Shown: in pieces, positions 8,806 to 20,283 of the stretch
Position numbering within the stretch: the stretch's first letter is position 1
Layout of the letters: each line of letters starts with the position of its first letter
IMG/VR virus record: IMGVR_UViG_2684622771_000002
Direction: 5' to 3' (one strand)
Source of the DNA: a virus
Taxonomy: Duplodnaviria; Heunggongvirae; Uroviricota; Caudoviricetes
DNA: 20,503 nt
The notes under the pieces: model-generated
The model's database searches: none
Seen by the model: the letters and a program-made list of their open reading frames with translations, nothing else
Told to the model about the DNA's origin: nothing
Position numbers and translations under genes: made by a program

Positions 8806-9636
8806 ACCGGACTCCTCCTGCGATCCCTTCTGATACTGTCATCAGCATTACGTCATCCTCCGTCATGTCCGCCACATCCGGGGAAGCGGGGATAACTTCA
8901 TTCCCGTCCGGGCCAAAGCGGACACCTCCGGCAAGCCCTGCCGCTTTCTGCATCAGCACATCATCTTCAGGCTCTTCGTCAGCCTCGCGCCGGTTCAGCA
9001 GACTGAAATCCAGCGGATGCATCTCCGGATCGCTGAAAAACAGGCTGAGCACGGTGTACGTCAGCCCGGAAAAGTGCATATCCAGCAGAACATCATGAAA
9101 ATAATGGGTACTGTAAAAGCGGTGCCAGTCGGCATACTCCGTGGATGACATCCCGGCAAGCATGGCGCGCCAGTCGGGTCGCCCCATCTCACGCGCCAGT
9201 TTCAGGGCAAAACTCAGCTCACCGTCGAACACTTTCCCGCAGAAACAGGCTCTGCAGGCCCGGCGTCCTCTGCCTGTTCAGGAGCATCATTCACCACAAA
9301 CTCATACATACCGGACAGCCGGTACACCACGTTTTCAGCATGAGAAATTGCCTCTGTGGGCCAGGTGGTAAGCACTTCCTGCTCAATCTGTTTAACGGCT
9401 TCATTCATGGACGGCATCTGCGTCTTCTTCGGATGGTTATGCCACAGGGACATCGCAACCACAAAAGCGCCGGTTCTGATGGCGTCTTCCACAGTAAACT
9501 TCCGGTTGCTGTCTGACTCCGCCTGTTCTGCCTGCCGTTTCATCAGGTCGAGATGCTCAATACGCTGCAGGGCTGACAGTTCAGAAAGCGTGACGGTCAC
9601 ACCGTTATGTTCAAATGATTCGGTTTTCAGGAACAT
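8798..9636 (-). CDS. GT: Tail assembly chaperone G-T fusion, made by programmed -1 ribosomal frameshift from G into the T frame (T alone is 8798..9232)
   Basis: G ORF (9214..9636) and T ORF (8798..9232, FDGELSFALKLAREMGRPDWRAM...) overlap in the -1 relationship; slippery heptamer GGGAAAG sits at the G 3-prime end. Confidence 0.8.
9214..9636 (-). CDS. G: Tail assembly chaperone G
   Basis: ORF track 140 aa, MFLKTESFEHNGVTVTLSELSALQRIEHLDLMKRQAEQ...SAGKCSTVS; same length as lambda gpG; starts 15 nt after the V stop as in lambda. Confidence 0.95.
   Translation of the reverse strand: MFLKTESFEHNGVTVTLSELSALQRIEHLDLMKRQAEQAESDSNRKFTVEDAIRTGAFVVAMSLWHNHPKKTQMPSMNEAVKQIEQEVLTTWPTEAISHAENVVYRLSGMYEFVVNDAPEQAEDAGPAEPVSAGKCSTVS
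9232..9238 (-). other. Programmed -1 frameshift slippery site GGGAAAG (G to GT)
   Basis: Minus-strand sequence ...cctgtttctgcgGGGAAAGtgttcgacggtgagctga; G frame reads G-K-C-S-T-V-S-stop, -1 frame reads G-K-V-F-D-G-E-L (T). Coordinates set from the ORF-track frames, plus or minus 1 nt. Confidence 0.8.
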
Positions 9637-9651
9637 CGCTGACTCTCCGGA

Positions 9652-10392
9652 TTAACTGGCGGTGACGTTGATTTCTGCAACCGCAGCAAACTCACCATTA
9701 CCAGATACGACCGGAATGTTGACCTTGCCTGCAGCAACACCTTTCACGGTGATGGTCATACCACTGACCGACACGGTGGCTTTTGTTTTATCCGCAGACA
9801 CCGCACGGAAGCTCTTGTCGGTTGCGCCATCCGGCTGGAATGCCACGGTCAGCGTGGTGCTCTGCCCTTTCACTACGGAAGCACTGGCGGGTGTCACCGT
9901 CATGCCGGTCGTCGCCGTCACCGTGCTGCGATCTTCTGCCATCGACGGACGTCCCACATTGGTGACCTTCACCGTGCGGGTAATCACCTCCTTCGCCGTC
10001 ACCGCCTTACCGATACTGCTGACCCAGCCACGGAACACATCGACCGTGCCGTTCGGGAAGCGGATTTTATAGGCACGGGTATCACCTTCATTAAACCACG
10101 CCAGCAGCGCCTGCTGCCCCTGCTCTCCGGGCATCCACGCCAGCGTGAAGCTGGTATCTCCGGCAGATTTCTGCCCCTGCCCGGTCGCAGTCCAGTCTGC
10201 ATCTTCATCATCGAGATAGCTGTCGTCATAGGACTCAGCGGTCAGTTCGCCGGGCGTCAGGTCTTTAACTTTTGCCAGACGCGACCAGTCAACGTCTGAA
10301 AGCGGGTTCGCATAAGGGTCACCGCTCCCCTTATAAACCCACAGGGTGGTCCCGGCACCTTTCACCGGCATTGTAGGATTTGGTACAGGCAT
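9652..10392 (-). CDS. V: Major tail tube protein V
   Basis: ORF track 9652..10422; I place the start at the internal Met ([22 protein letters not shown]...), giving 246 aa and a 7-nt gap after U as in lambda; C-terminal Ig-like region present. Confidence 0.93.
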   Translation of the reverse strand: MPVPNPTMPVKGAGTTLWVYKGSGDPYANPLSDVDWSRLAKVKDLTPGELTAESYDDSYLDDEDADWTATGQGQKSAGDTSFTLAWMPGEQGQQALLAWFNEGDTRAYKIRFPNGTVDVFRGWVSSIGKAVTAKEVITRTVKVTNVGRPSMAEDRSTVTATTGMTVTPASASVVKGQSTTLTVAFQPDGATDKSFRAVSADKTKATVSVSGMTITVKGVAAGKVNIPVVSGNGEFAAVAEINVTAS

Positions 10393-10399
10393 AGCGTCC

Positions 10400-10795
10400 T
10401 CACATTTCATAGATAATGACATAAGTCAGATCGGCTGAACTCCACAGGCCCGCATCATCGTCGCGCCGGTAGTCATAGCCGCTGGCCACCATACTGGTGA
10501 TCAAATCTGACAGTGCCGGGATATCGCTCATCACAGGATAAATCCGGGACTCCATCCACGAATCCAGCTCTGAATCCGGCACCTGAGCAGGCAGGAAAAC
10601 TTCAATATGCAGCTCCGCCTGCCAGGTATCGCTGTCCAGCTCTTCGCCCGTGTATTCAGCGCCGGTGAGATAAACGGCAATTGCCGGAAAATCTTCCTCA
10701 TCAAAAACAGCGGGGCGACCATCAAAAAGCGTCGCCCCGGTGTCATGCTTCTCCAGTGCATCCAGTACGGCTGCACGGAGTTCAGTATGTTTCAT
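10400..10795 (-). CDS. U: Tail terminator protein U
   Basis: ORF track 131 aa, [48 protein letters not shown]; same length as lambda gpU; 4-nt overlap with the Z stop. Confidence 0.95.
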   Translation of the reverse strand: MKHTELRAAVLDALEKHDTGATLFDGRPAVFDEEDFPAIAVYLTGAEYTGEELDSDTWQAELHIEVFLPAQVPDSELDSWMESRIYPVMSDIPALSDLITSMVASGYDYRRDDDAGLWSSADLTYVIIYEM

Positions 10796-11370
10796 CGCTT
10801 TATTACCATTCTCAGTTGATGCTGCAGCGCATAGCCCAGCTCTTTCGGAAGACGTTCACGCCGTATCCGTTCAATATTCTGTTTAAACGCCGTGGTCAGC
10901 GGCACCGCCATCGGGATTTTCACCACATCAATGGGGTAACGGTTTTTCCCGGCCACACGCTGCATAACATGCCACCGGCCGTTTTTCAGTTGCTGAATAA
11001 ACGCGCCGGGAATACGACGGTTACCCACCACAAGCACGCTGCCGCCACCTTTCAGGGATGAACGCTGCCCCTTTTTATGACGCCTGCGGCGGGACAGGAC
11101 AACCCGCGCATTACCCAGCTTGATTACGGGCAAATCCCCCCGGTTAACTTTGATTCTGGCCTGCGGATTTTTGACCGTGGCCCTTTTCAGCCTGGCCCTT
11201 TCCTTTACCAGTTTCCGGCGTACCTTTGTCTCACGGGCAACCTGTGACGCAGACTGCGATATCGCGGATGAAGCAACGCGGTTAATGGCCATTGCGGCGG
11301 CACCGGGCACCGCCGTTTTGCTGATACGGCTGAGGTTTTCAACGGCCTGCTCAAGACCTTTTATGGCCAT
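10792..11370 (-). CDS. Z: Tail completion protein Z
   Basis: ORF track 192 aa, MAIKGLEQAVENLSRISKTAVPGAAAMAINRVASSA...; same length as lambda gpZ. Confidence 0.95.
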   Translation of the reverse strand: MAIKGLEQAVENLSRISKTAVPGAAAMAINRVASSAISQSASQVARETKVRRKLVKERARLKRATVKNPQARIKVNRGDLPVIKLGNARVVLSRRRRHKKGQRSSLKGGGSVLVVGNRRIPGAFIQQLKNGRWHVMQRVAGKNRYPIDVVKIPMAVPLTTAFKQNIERIRRERLPKELGYALQHQLRMVIKR

Positions 11371-11381
11371 ACATCCCCCTT

Positions 11382-11735
11382 TCAGCGGCGACGGTTAACG
11401 GCAGGCGGTACGCCCCGTCCAAGCCAGAGATGACAACTTCCGCCATCATCCGGCGAAACCCGATCTACCCAGAAATTTTCCTCACCGATGGTCAGCGTGT
11501 CTCCACGCCGCAGCTGCCGCACCTCATCAGTCCGGACAAACAGGGACGGGCTGGAGCCTTCAACGCGCACGCCCTGTCCGGCATAGCTGATATTTTCAGG
11601 GTCATCAAAAACACCACGTATCACCGCACCTGACTGCTCACCGGATGTCATGGTGGCTGACGTTCCCATGTACCCGCGTATCGTTTCATCGGCGCGGGCA
11701 ATGGCAGCATCGAACAGGTTATCGAAATCAGCCAC
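11382..11735 (-). CDS. FII: Head-tail joining (tail attachment) protein FII
   Basis: ORF track 117 aa, MADFDNLFDAAIARADETIRGYMGTSATMTSGEQSGAVIRGVFDDPENISYAGQG; same length as lambda gpFII. Confidence 0.95.
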   Translation of the reverse strand: MADFDNLFDAAIARADETIRGYMGTSATMTSGEQSGAVIRGVFDDPENISYAGQGVRVEGSSPSLFVRTDEVRQLRRGDTLTIGEENFWVDRVSPDDGGSCHLWLGRGVPPAVNRRR

Positions 11736-11746
11736 AGCGCCTCCCG

Positions 11747-12145
11747 TTATTGCATTCTGGCCAGGCCGCGCTCTGTCATTTCGGCTGCCACACCGGCAGA
11801 GACACGAAACGCCGTTCCCGGCAGCACAAATGCCACAGGTTTATCCCGCGTGGCGTGAAGTGCATCAGTATGCAGCGTCACCAGTGCCACGACCGTGACC
11901 AGTTCAGCCGTATCCTGAATCACGGTATCCGGCTGCGCTGATACCACCTCATTTTCATGCCCGGTCAGCACATTTTCCCGGCTGAGAGGGGTGTCCTGAC
12001 CGGCAGTTTCATCCGTGTCATCAAGCTCTTCTTCCAGCTCTGCCACACGAAGCGCCAGTTCTTCTTTCGTTCCCGTCAAACTGACATCGCGGTTCAATTG
12101 CTCACCCAGCTCCTGAAGACGGGCAATCAGTTCATCTTTCGTCAT
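11747..12145 (-). CDS. FI: DNA packaging protein FI
   Basis: ORF track 11747..12184; start placed at internal Met (MTKDELIARLQELGEQLNRDVSLTGTKEELALRVAELEEELDDTDE), giving 132 aa and a 41-nt gap after E as in lambda. Confidence 0.9.
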   Translation of the reverse strand: MTKDELIARLQELGEQLNRDVSLTGTKEELALRVAELEEELDDTDETAGQDTPLSRENVLTGHENEVVSAQPDTVIQDTAELVTVVALVTLHTDALHATRDKPVAFVLPGTAFRVSAGVAAEMTERGLARMQ

Positions 12146-12186
12146 GAACTCCTCCACAGAGAGAAAATGGCCCCGAAGGGCCATGA

Positions 12187-13212
12187 TTACGCCAGTTGAA
12201 CGGACACGAACTCATCAGGATCAGCCAGCAGCATCAGCGGTGCTGACTGAATCATGGTGAACTCACGCGCCGGATCGCCGGTGGTCACCCAGTTTTTCGG
12301 GTAACGGGCAGAAGCGTTAATGCCTTCGCGCTGTGCGTCCGCATCCTGAATGCAGCCATAGGTGCGCAGACCGCGAGCCTGAGTGTTCCCCAGCACCATC
12401 GTGTTGTCCGGCAGGAAGTTCTTTTTGACGCCGTTTTCCACGTACTGTCCGGAATACACGACGATGGCCACATCGCCATACATTCCCTTATAGGACACCG
12501 CTTTGCCCAGGTCTTTTACCGCTGTCTCCAGCTCGGAATGAGAGCCGCGACGGGTATCCAGCTTCTCCTTGACGGCTTTGAAGGAACGGAACAGCGCCCA
12601 GCCTTTCGGGTCAAACACGATGATATTCACCACACCGCTGGCGTTCAGCGCGTAGGCTTCGATATCGTCGGTCGGGTCATACGTGGACTTGTCACGCTTG
12701 CTCCACTCCGTGACGCCGGACTGTGTGATGTTGTTCGCCGCACTGCGGCCCATATCCACCTCAACCGGATCGAAGGCTTCACCGGTCATGGTGTATTTGC
12801 CCTTGAGCACGGCAGAAACTGCCTGCATCTCTTCGACCTGAGCAATGGCCAGCTCTTCGTCACGCATGTTCTGCATGATGATGCGACGGCGGCGGTAAGC
12901 CGGGTCCGCCAGATTCTGCGGATCTTCATCCGGCAGGCGACGCAGGGTCATCTGCGGATTCACCTCATGCTTGGGTTTGACATATCCCGGCGTAAATTCA
13001 GAGGTGGAGCCGCCACGGGAACGGATAACCTCACCGGAAACAATCGGCGAAACGTACAGCGCCATGTTTACCAGTCCCGGAATTTGTGAGAGATAGACTT
13101 TCTCCGTAGTGAAGGGATAGCTCTCACGGAAAAAGAGACGCAGAAACAGCGGATCAAACTTAAATTTCTGCTCATTTGCCGCCAGCAGCTGGGCGGTTGT
13201 GTACATCGACAT
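12187..13212 (-). CDS. E: Major capsid protein E
   Basis: ORF track 12187..13239 (the track start is a GTG inside the upstream hairpin); start placed at ATG of MSMYTTAQLLAANEQKFKFDPLFLRLFFRESYPFTTEKVY, giving 341 aa and a 55-nt gap after D as in lambda. Confidence 0.95.
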   Translation of the reverse strand: MSMYTTAQLLAANEQKFKFDPLFLRLFFRESYPFTTEKVYLSQIPGLVNMALYVSPIVSGEVIRSRGGSTSEFTPGYVKPKHEVNPQMTLRRLPDEDPQNLADPAYRRRRIIMQNMRDEELAIAQVEEMQAVSAVLKGKYTMTGEAFDPVEVDMGRSAANNITQSGVTEWSKRDKSTYDPTDDIEAYALNASGVVNIIVFDPKGWALFRSFKAVKEKLDTRRGSHSELETAVKDLGKAVSYKGMYGDVAIVVYSGQYVENGVKKNFLPDNTMVLGNTQARGLRTYGCIQDADAQREGINASARYPKNWVTTGDPAREFTMIQSAPLMLLADPDEFVSVQLA

Positions 13213-13225
13213 AAAAAAATCCCGT

Positions 13226-13246
13226 AAAAAAAGCCACACAGGCGGC
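13226..13246 (-). terminator. Hairpin plus U-tract between D and E (GCCGCCUGUGUGGC followed by UUUUUUU); candidate partial terminator or mRNA stability element
   Basis: Minus-strand sequence ...ctaaaggccgcctgtgtggctttttttacgggatttttttatg; 5-bp stem (one G.U pair), 4-nt loop, 7 U, located 10-30 nt after the D stop. Function inferred from structure only. Confidence 0.4.
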
Positions 13247-13267
13247 CTTTAGTGATGAAGGGTAAAG

Positions 13268-13600
13268 TTAAACGATGCTGATTGCCGTTCCGGCAAACAC
13301 GGTCCGTTTTTTCGTCTCGTCGCTGGCAGCCTCCGGCCAGAGCACATCCTCATAACGGAACGTGCCGGACTTGTAGAACGTCAGTGTGGTGCTGGTCTGG
13401 TCAGCAGCAACCGCAAGAATGCCAACGGCAGCACCGTCGGTGGTGCCATCCCACGCAACCAGCTTACGGGTGGAGGTGTCCAGCATCAGCGGGGTCATTG
13501 CAGGCGCTTTCGCACTCAATCCGCCGGGCGCGGTTGCGGTATGAGCCGGGTCACTATTGCCCAGCGGCTGGTAATGGGTAAAGGTTTCTTTGCTCGTCAT
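13268..13600 (-). CDS. D: Capsid decoration protein D
   Basis: ORF track 13268..13606; start placed at [43 protein letters not shown], giving 110 aa and a 9-nt gap after C as in lambda. Confidence 0.95.
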   Translation of the reverse strand: MTSKETFTHYQPLGNSDPAHTATAPGGLSAKAPAMTPLMLDTSTRKLVAWDGTTDGAAVGILAVAADQTSTTLTFYKSGTFRYEDVLWPEAASDETKKRTVFAGTAISIV

Positions 13601-13609
13601 AAACATCCC

Positions 13610-14215
13610 TTACACTGGTGTGTTCAGCAAATCGTTAACGGCATCAGATGCCGGGTTACCTGCAGCCAGCGGTGCCGGTGCCCCCTGCATCAGACGATCC
13701 AGCGCAGTGTCACTGCGCGTCTGTGCACTCTGTGGTGCTGCGGCCAGAATACGGCGGGCCGTTTCCACGGTCATACCGGGGGTTTCGGCCAGCACGCGTG
13801 CCTGTTCTTCGCGTCCGTGAGCCTCCTCACAGTTGAGGATCCCCATAATGCGACTGTTTTCTGCCGCAACCGCTGCGGTGATCTGCGCGTTCACGTCCGG
13901 CTGCGCCGCGCTGGCGTTCTCGCCCTCCGTCGCTTGCACCACGCCAGTAACGTCAGCCTGCGAAGCAGTGGCTGAAACAGTTGTTGATTGAGTCTCTTTG
14001 GTCATTCGCCCTCCTGAGAGACGGGATTTACGTGCATCCAGTGCATCACGCATGACGGTGATCGCATCGGTACTGTTAACAAGTTCATCAGCCAGTCCGG
14101 CATCAATGGCCTCCTGACCGCTGTACACTGCAGCCTCGGTATCCAGCACAGCCTGCACGGACAGGCCGGTATATGCCGACACCTTCTGTGCAAACATCCG
14201 GCGGGTTGCATCCAT
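13610..14215 (-). CDS. Nu3: Capsid scaffolding protein Nu3, in-frame internal initiation within C
   Basis: Internal Met at C residue 239 (MDATRRMFAQKVSAYTGLSVQAVLDTEAAVYSG...) gives a 606-nt nested gene, matching the lambda Nu3 length; assignment by collinearity, no independent signal. Confidence 0.75.
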   Translation of the reverse strand: MDATRRMFAQKVSAYTGLSVQAVLDTEAAVYSGQEAIDAGLADELVNSTDAITVMRDALDARKSRLSGGRMTKETQSTTVSATASQADVTGVVQATEGENASAAQPDVNAQITAAVAAENSRIMGILNCEEAHGREEQARVLAETPGMTVETARRILAAAPQSAQTRSDTALDRLMQGAPAPLAAGNPASDAVNDLLNTPV

Positions 14216-14909
14216 CCGGGACTGCAATGTTTCCCGGACATCATCCGGTAGATGGCTGTAGGGGTTGCCATCCACCTTATGGCTGCCGCTGTAAATCAGC
14301 GTGATTTCCACGCCCTGTTTCTCCAGTGCAGCGCCGTAATTACTGTGAGCCATCATGACGCCGATGGAGCCTGTCCGGGCGGTCTGCGTGACCAGACGCC
14401 GGGAGGCGGCACTGGCAAGCAGCTGACCTGCGCTGCAGTTCATGTCATTGGCCAGCGCCCATACCGGCTTTATGTCACGCACACGGGCGATGATGTCAGC
14501 GCAGTCAAATGCTCCCGCCACCATTCCGCCCGGTGTGTCCATATCGAGCAGAATGCCGTCCACCATCGGGTCGCTGGCAGCCTGTTGCAGACGGGCGATA
14601 ATGCCGTTGTAACCGGTCATCCCCGAGTACGGCTGCAGCGCCCGCGTCCGGCTGACCAGCGTGCCGGACACCGGCAGCACGGCGATGCCGTTCATTACCT
14701 GATAACTGCGGGCCTGTCGTGGTCCGTCATCATCACCGGATAACGCCAGCGCCGCGGGTGCCTCTCCGGCAGTCAGGCTGTCGCCGGATACTGCATCCGT
14801 CAGGCAGCTGATCCCAAGCTGGCCTGCAAGCGCACAAAAGAAAACCCGCGCATAGGCGGGTTCAAGCATCAGCGGCTCATTAAAAGCCATGCTGGCAATA
14901 TGCGGGAGA

Positions 14910-14929
<20 letters not shown>
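13610..14929 (-). CDS. C: Prohead (capsid maturation) protease C, fused in frame to the scaffold domain; GTG start 20 nt inside the B 3-prime end
   Basis: ORF track 13610..15064 reads through B; the lambda gpC N-terminus TAELRNLPHIASMAFNEPLMLEPAYARVFF follows a GTG codon at 14927..14929, giving 439 aa (lambda gpC length) and the lambda-like 20-nt B/C overlap. Confidence 0.9.
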
Positions 14930-18610
<3,681 letters not shown>

Positions 18611-18636
<26 letters not shown>

Positions 18637-19156
18637 TCAGCAACCCCGGTATCAGTTCATCCAGCGCGGCTGCTTTGTTCATGGCTTTGATGATATCCCG
18701 TTTCAGGAAATCAACATGTCGGTTTTCCAGTTCCGGAAAACGCCGCTGCACCGACAGGGGGATCCCGTCGAGAATACTGGCAATTTCACCTGCGATCCGC
18801 GACAGCACGAAAGTACAGAATGCGGTTTCCACCACTTCAGCGGAGTCTCTGGCATTTTTCAGCTCCTGTGCGTCGGCCTGCGCACGCGTAAGTCGATGGC
18901 GTTCGTACTCAATAGTCCCTGGCTGGAGATCTGTCTCGCTGGCCTGCCGCAGTTCTTCAACTTCCCGGCGCAGCTTTTCGTTCTCAATTTCAGCATCCCT
19001 TTCGGCATACCATCTTATAACGGCGGCAGAGTCATAAAGCACCTCATTACCCTTGCCACCGCCTCGCAGAACGGGCATTCCCTGTTCCTGCCAGTTCTGA
19101 ATGGTACGGATACTCGCACCGAAAATGTCAGCCAGCTGCTTTTTGTTGACTTCCAT
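18611..19156 (-). CDS. Nu1: Terminase small subunit Nu1
   Basis: ORF track 181 aa, MEVNKKQLADIFGASIRTIQNWQEQGMPVLRGGGKGNEVLYDSAAVIRWYAERDAE; N-terminal winged-HTH region; same length as lambda gpNu1. Confidence 0.97.
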
Positions 19157-19400
19157 TGTTCATTCCACGGACAAAAACAGAGAAAGGAAACGACAGAGGC
19201 CAAAAAGCCCGTTTTCAGCACCTGTCGTTTCCTTTCTTTTCAGGGGGTGTTTTAAATAAAAACATTAGGTTACGGCGAAGAAGAACGGAAACGCCTTAAA
19301 CCGGAAAATTGTCATAAATAGCGAAAACCCGCGCGCCTTCCGCCCCGTAACCTGTCGGATCGCCGGAAAGGACCCGCAAAATGATAATAATTATCATCTA
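19157..19400 (-). other. cos region: cosB (terminase and IHF binding interval, about 19157..19333), cosN, cosQ side (about 19346..19400)
   Basis: Minus strand reads ...GATCCGACAGGTTACG|GGGCGGAAGGCG|CGCGGGTTTTCGCTATTTATGACAATTTTCCGGTTTAAGGCGTTTCCGTTCTTCTTCG..., matching the lambda cos flanks as I recall them and ending at the Nu1 start. Confidence 0.8.
19334..19345. other. cosN 12-nt cohesive-end core, GGGCGGAAGGCG on the minus strand
   Basis: Position fixed by the conserved flanks GGTTACG and CGCGGGTTTTCGC; hand-counted, plus or minus 1 nt. Confidence 0.6.
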
Positions 19401-19544
19401 CATGTCACAACGTGCATCTACGCCATCAAACCACGTCAAATAATCAATTATGACGCAGGTATCGTATTAATTGATCTGCATCAACTTAACGTAAAAACAA
19501 CTTCAGACAATACAAATCAGCGACACTGAATACAGGGCAACCTC

Positions 19545-19778
19545 ATGTCAACGAAGAACAGAACCCGCAGAACAACAACCCGCAACATCCGCTTTCCTAA
19601 CCAAATGATTGAACAAATTAACATCGCTCTTGTTCAAAAAGGGTCCGGGAATTTCTCAGCCTGGGTCATTGAAGCCTGCCGCCGGAGACTGTGCTCAGAA
19701 AAAAGAGTTTCGCCTGAAGCAAACAAAGAAAAGAGTGACATTACTGAATTGCTCAGAAAACAGGTTAGACCAGATTGA
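19545..19778 (+). CDS. Small basic DNA-binding-like protein with ribbon-helix-helix-like pattern; probably DUF3950 family (YlcI / lambda p79-like)
   Basis: ORF track 77 aa, MSTKNRTRRTTTRNIRFPNQMIEQINIALVQKGSGNFSAWVIEACRRRL...; basic N-terminal arm, predicted strand RNIRFP, helix, G-x-S/N turn, second helix. Family name from memory, not searched. Confidence 0.65.
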   Translation: MSTKNRTRRTTTRNIRFPNQMIEQINIALVQKGSGNFSAWVIEACRRRLCSEKRVSPEANKEKSDITELLRKQVRPD

Positions 19779-19835
19779 AGCAATTTAGATAATCGTGCAG
19801 ACTACGCCCCCTCATATCACATGGAAGGTACTACA

Positions 19836-20246
19836 ATGGCTCAGGTTGCCATTTTTAAACAAATATTCGATAAAGTGCGAAATAATTTAAACTATCACTG
19901 GTTTTATTCTGAACTAAAACGTCACAATGTCTCACATTACATTTACTATTTAGCCACAGAGAATATTCATCTTGTTCTTGAAAACGATAATACGGTTTTA
20001 ATAAAAGGACAGGGTAAGGTTGTAAATGTAAGATTTTCAAAAAATAAATGCCTTATAGAAGCCACCTTAAAAGGATTCAAATCAGGAGAGTTATCATTTT
20101 ACGAATACAGGAAAAATCTTGCTACAGCAGGGGTTTTCAGATGGATTACAAATATCCACGAAAACAAAAGGTATTACTATACCTTTGATAATTCATTACT
20201 CTTTACTGAGAACATACAGAACACTACACAAATATTTCCGCACTAA
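19836..20246 (+). CDS. AT-rich accessory gene; probably DUF1398 family (YbcV/YdfO-like prophage protein), function unknown
   Basis: ORF track 19821..20246; I prefer the internal ATG at 19836 ([58 protein letters not shown]...), which has a GGAAGG Shine-Dalgarno 8 nt upstream and gives 136 aa. GC content is clearly below that of the flanking phage genes. Confidence 0.65.
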   Translation: MAQVAIFKQIFDKVRNNLNYHWFYSELKRHNVSHYIYYLATENIHLVLENDNTVLIKGQGKVVNVRFSKNKCLIEATLKGFKSGELSFYEYRKNLATAGVFRWITNIHENKRYYYTFDNSLLFTENIQNTTQIFPH

Positions 20247-20254
20247 ATCATAAC

Positions 20255-20283
20255 GTCCGGTTTCTTCCGTGCCAGAACCGGAC
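20255..20283 (+). terminator. Perfect 8-bp inverted repeat (GTCCGGTT, 13-nt loop, AACCGGAC) 9 nt after the stop of the DUF1398-like gene; possible terminator or processing hairpin, no U-tract
   Basis: Read directly: taacGTCCGGTTtcttccgtgccagAACCGGACtcg. No T-run follows, so it is not a canonical intrinsic terminator. Confidence 0.3.

Noticed and set aside
19440-19544. Sigma-70 promoter for the small-gene pair (candidate -35 TTGATC near 19471)
   Set aside because: No convincing -10 hexamer at proper spacing could be identified by eye, so no promoter coordinates are reported.
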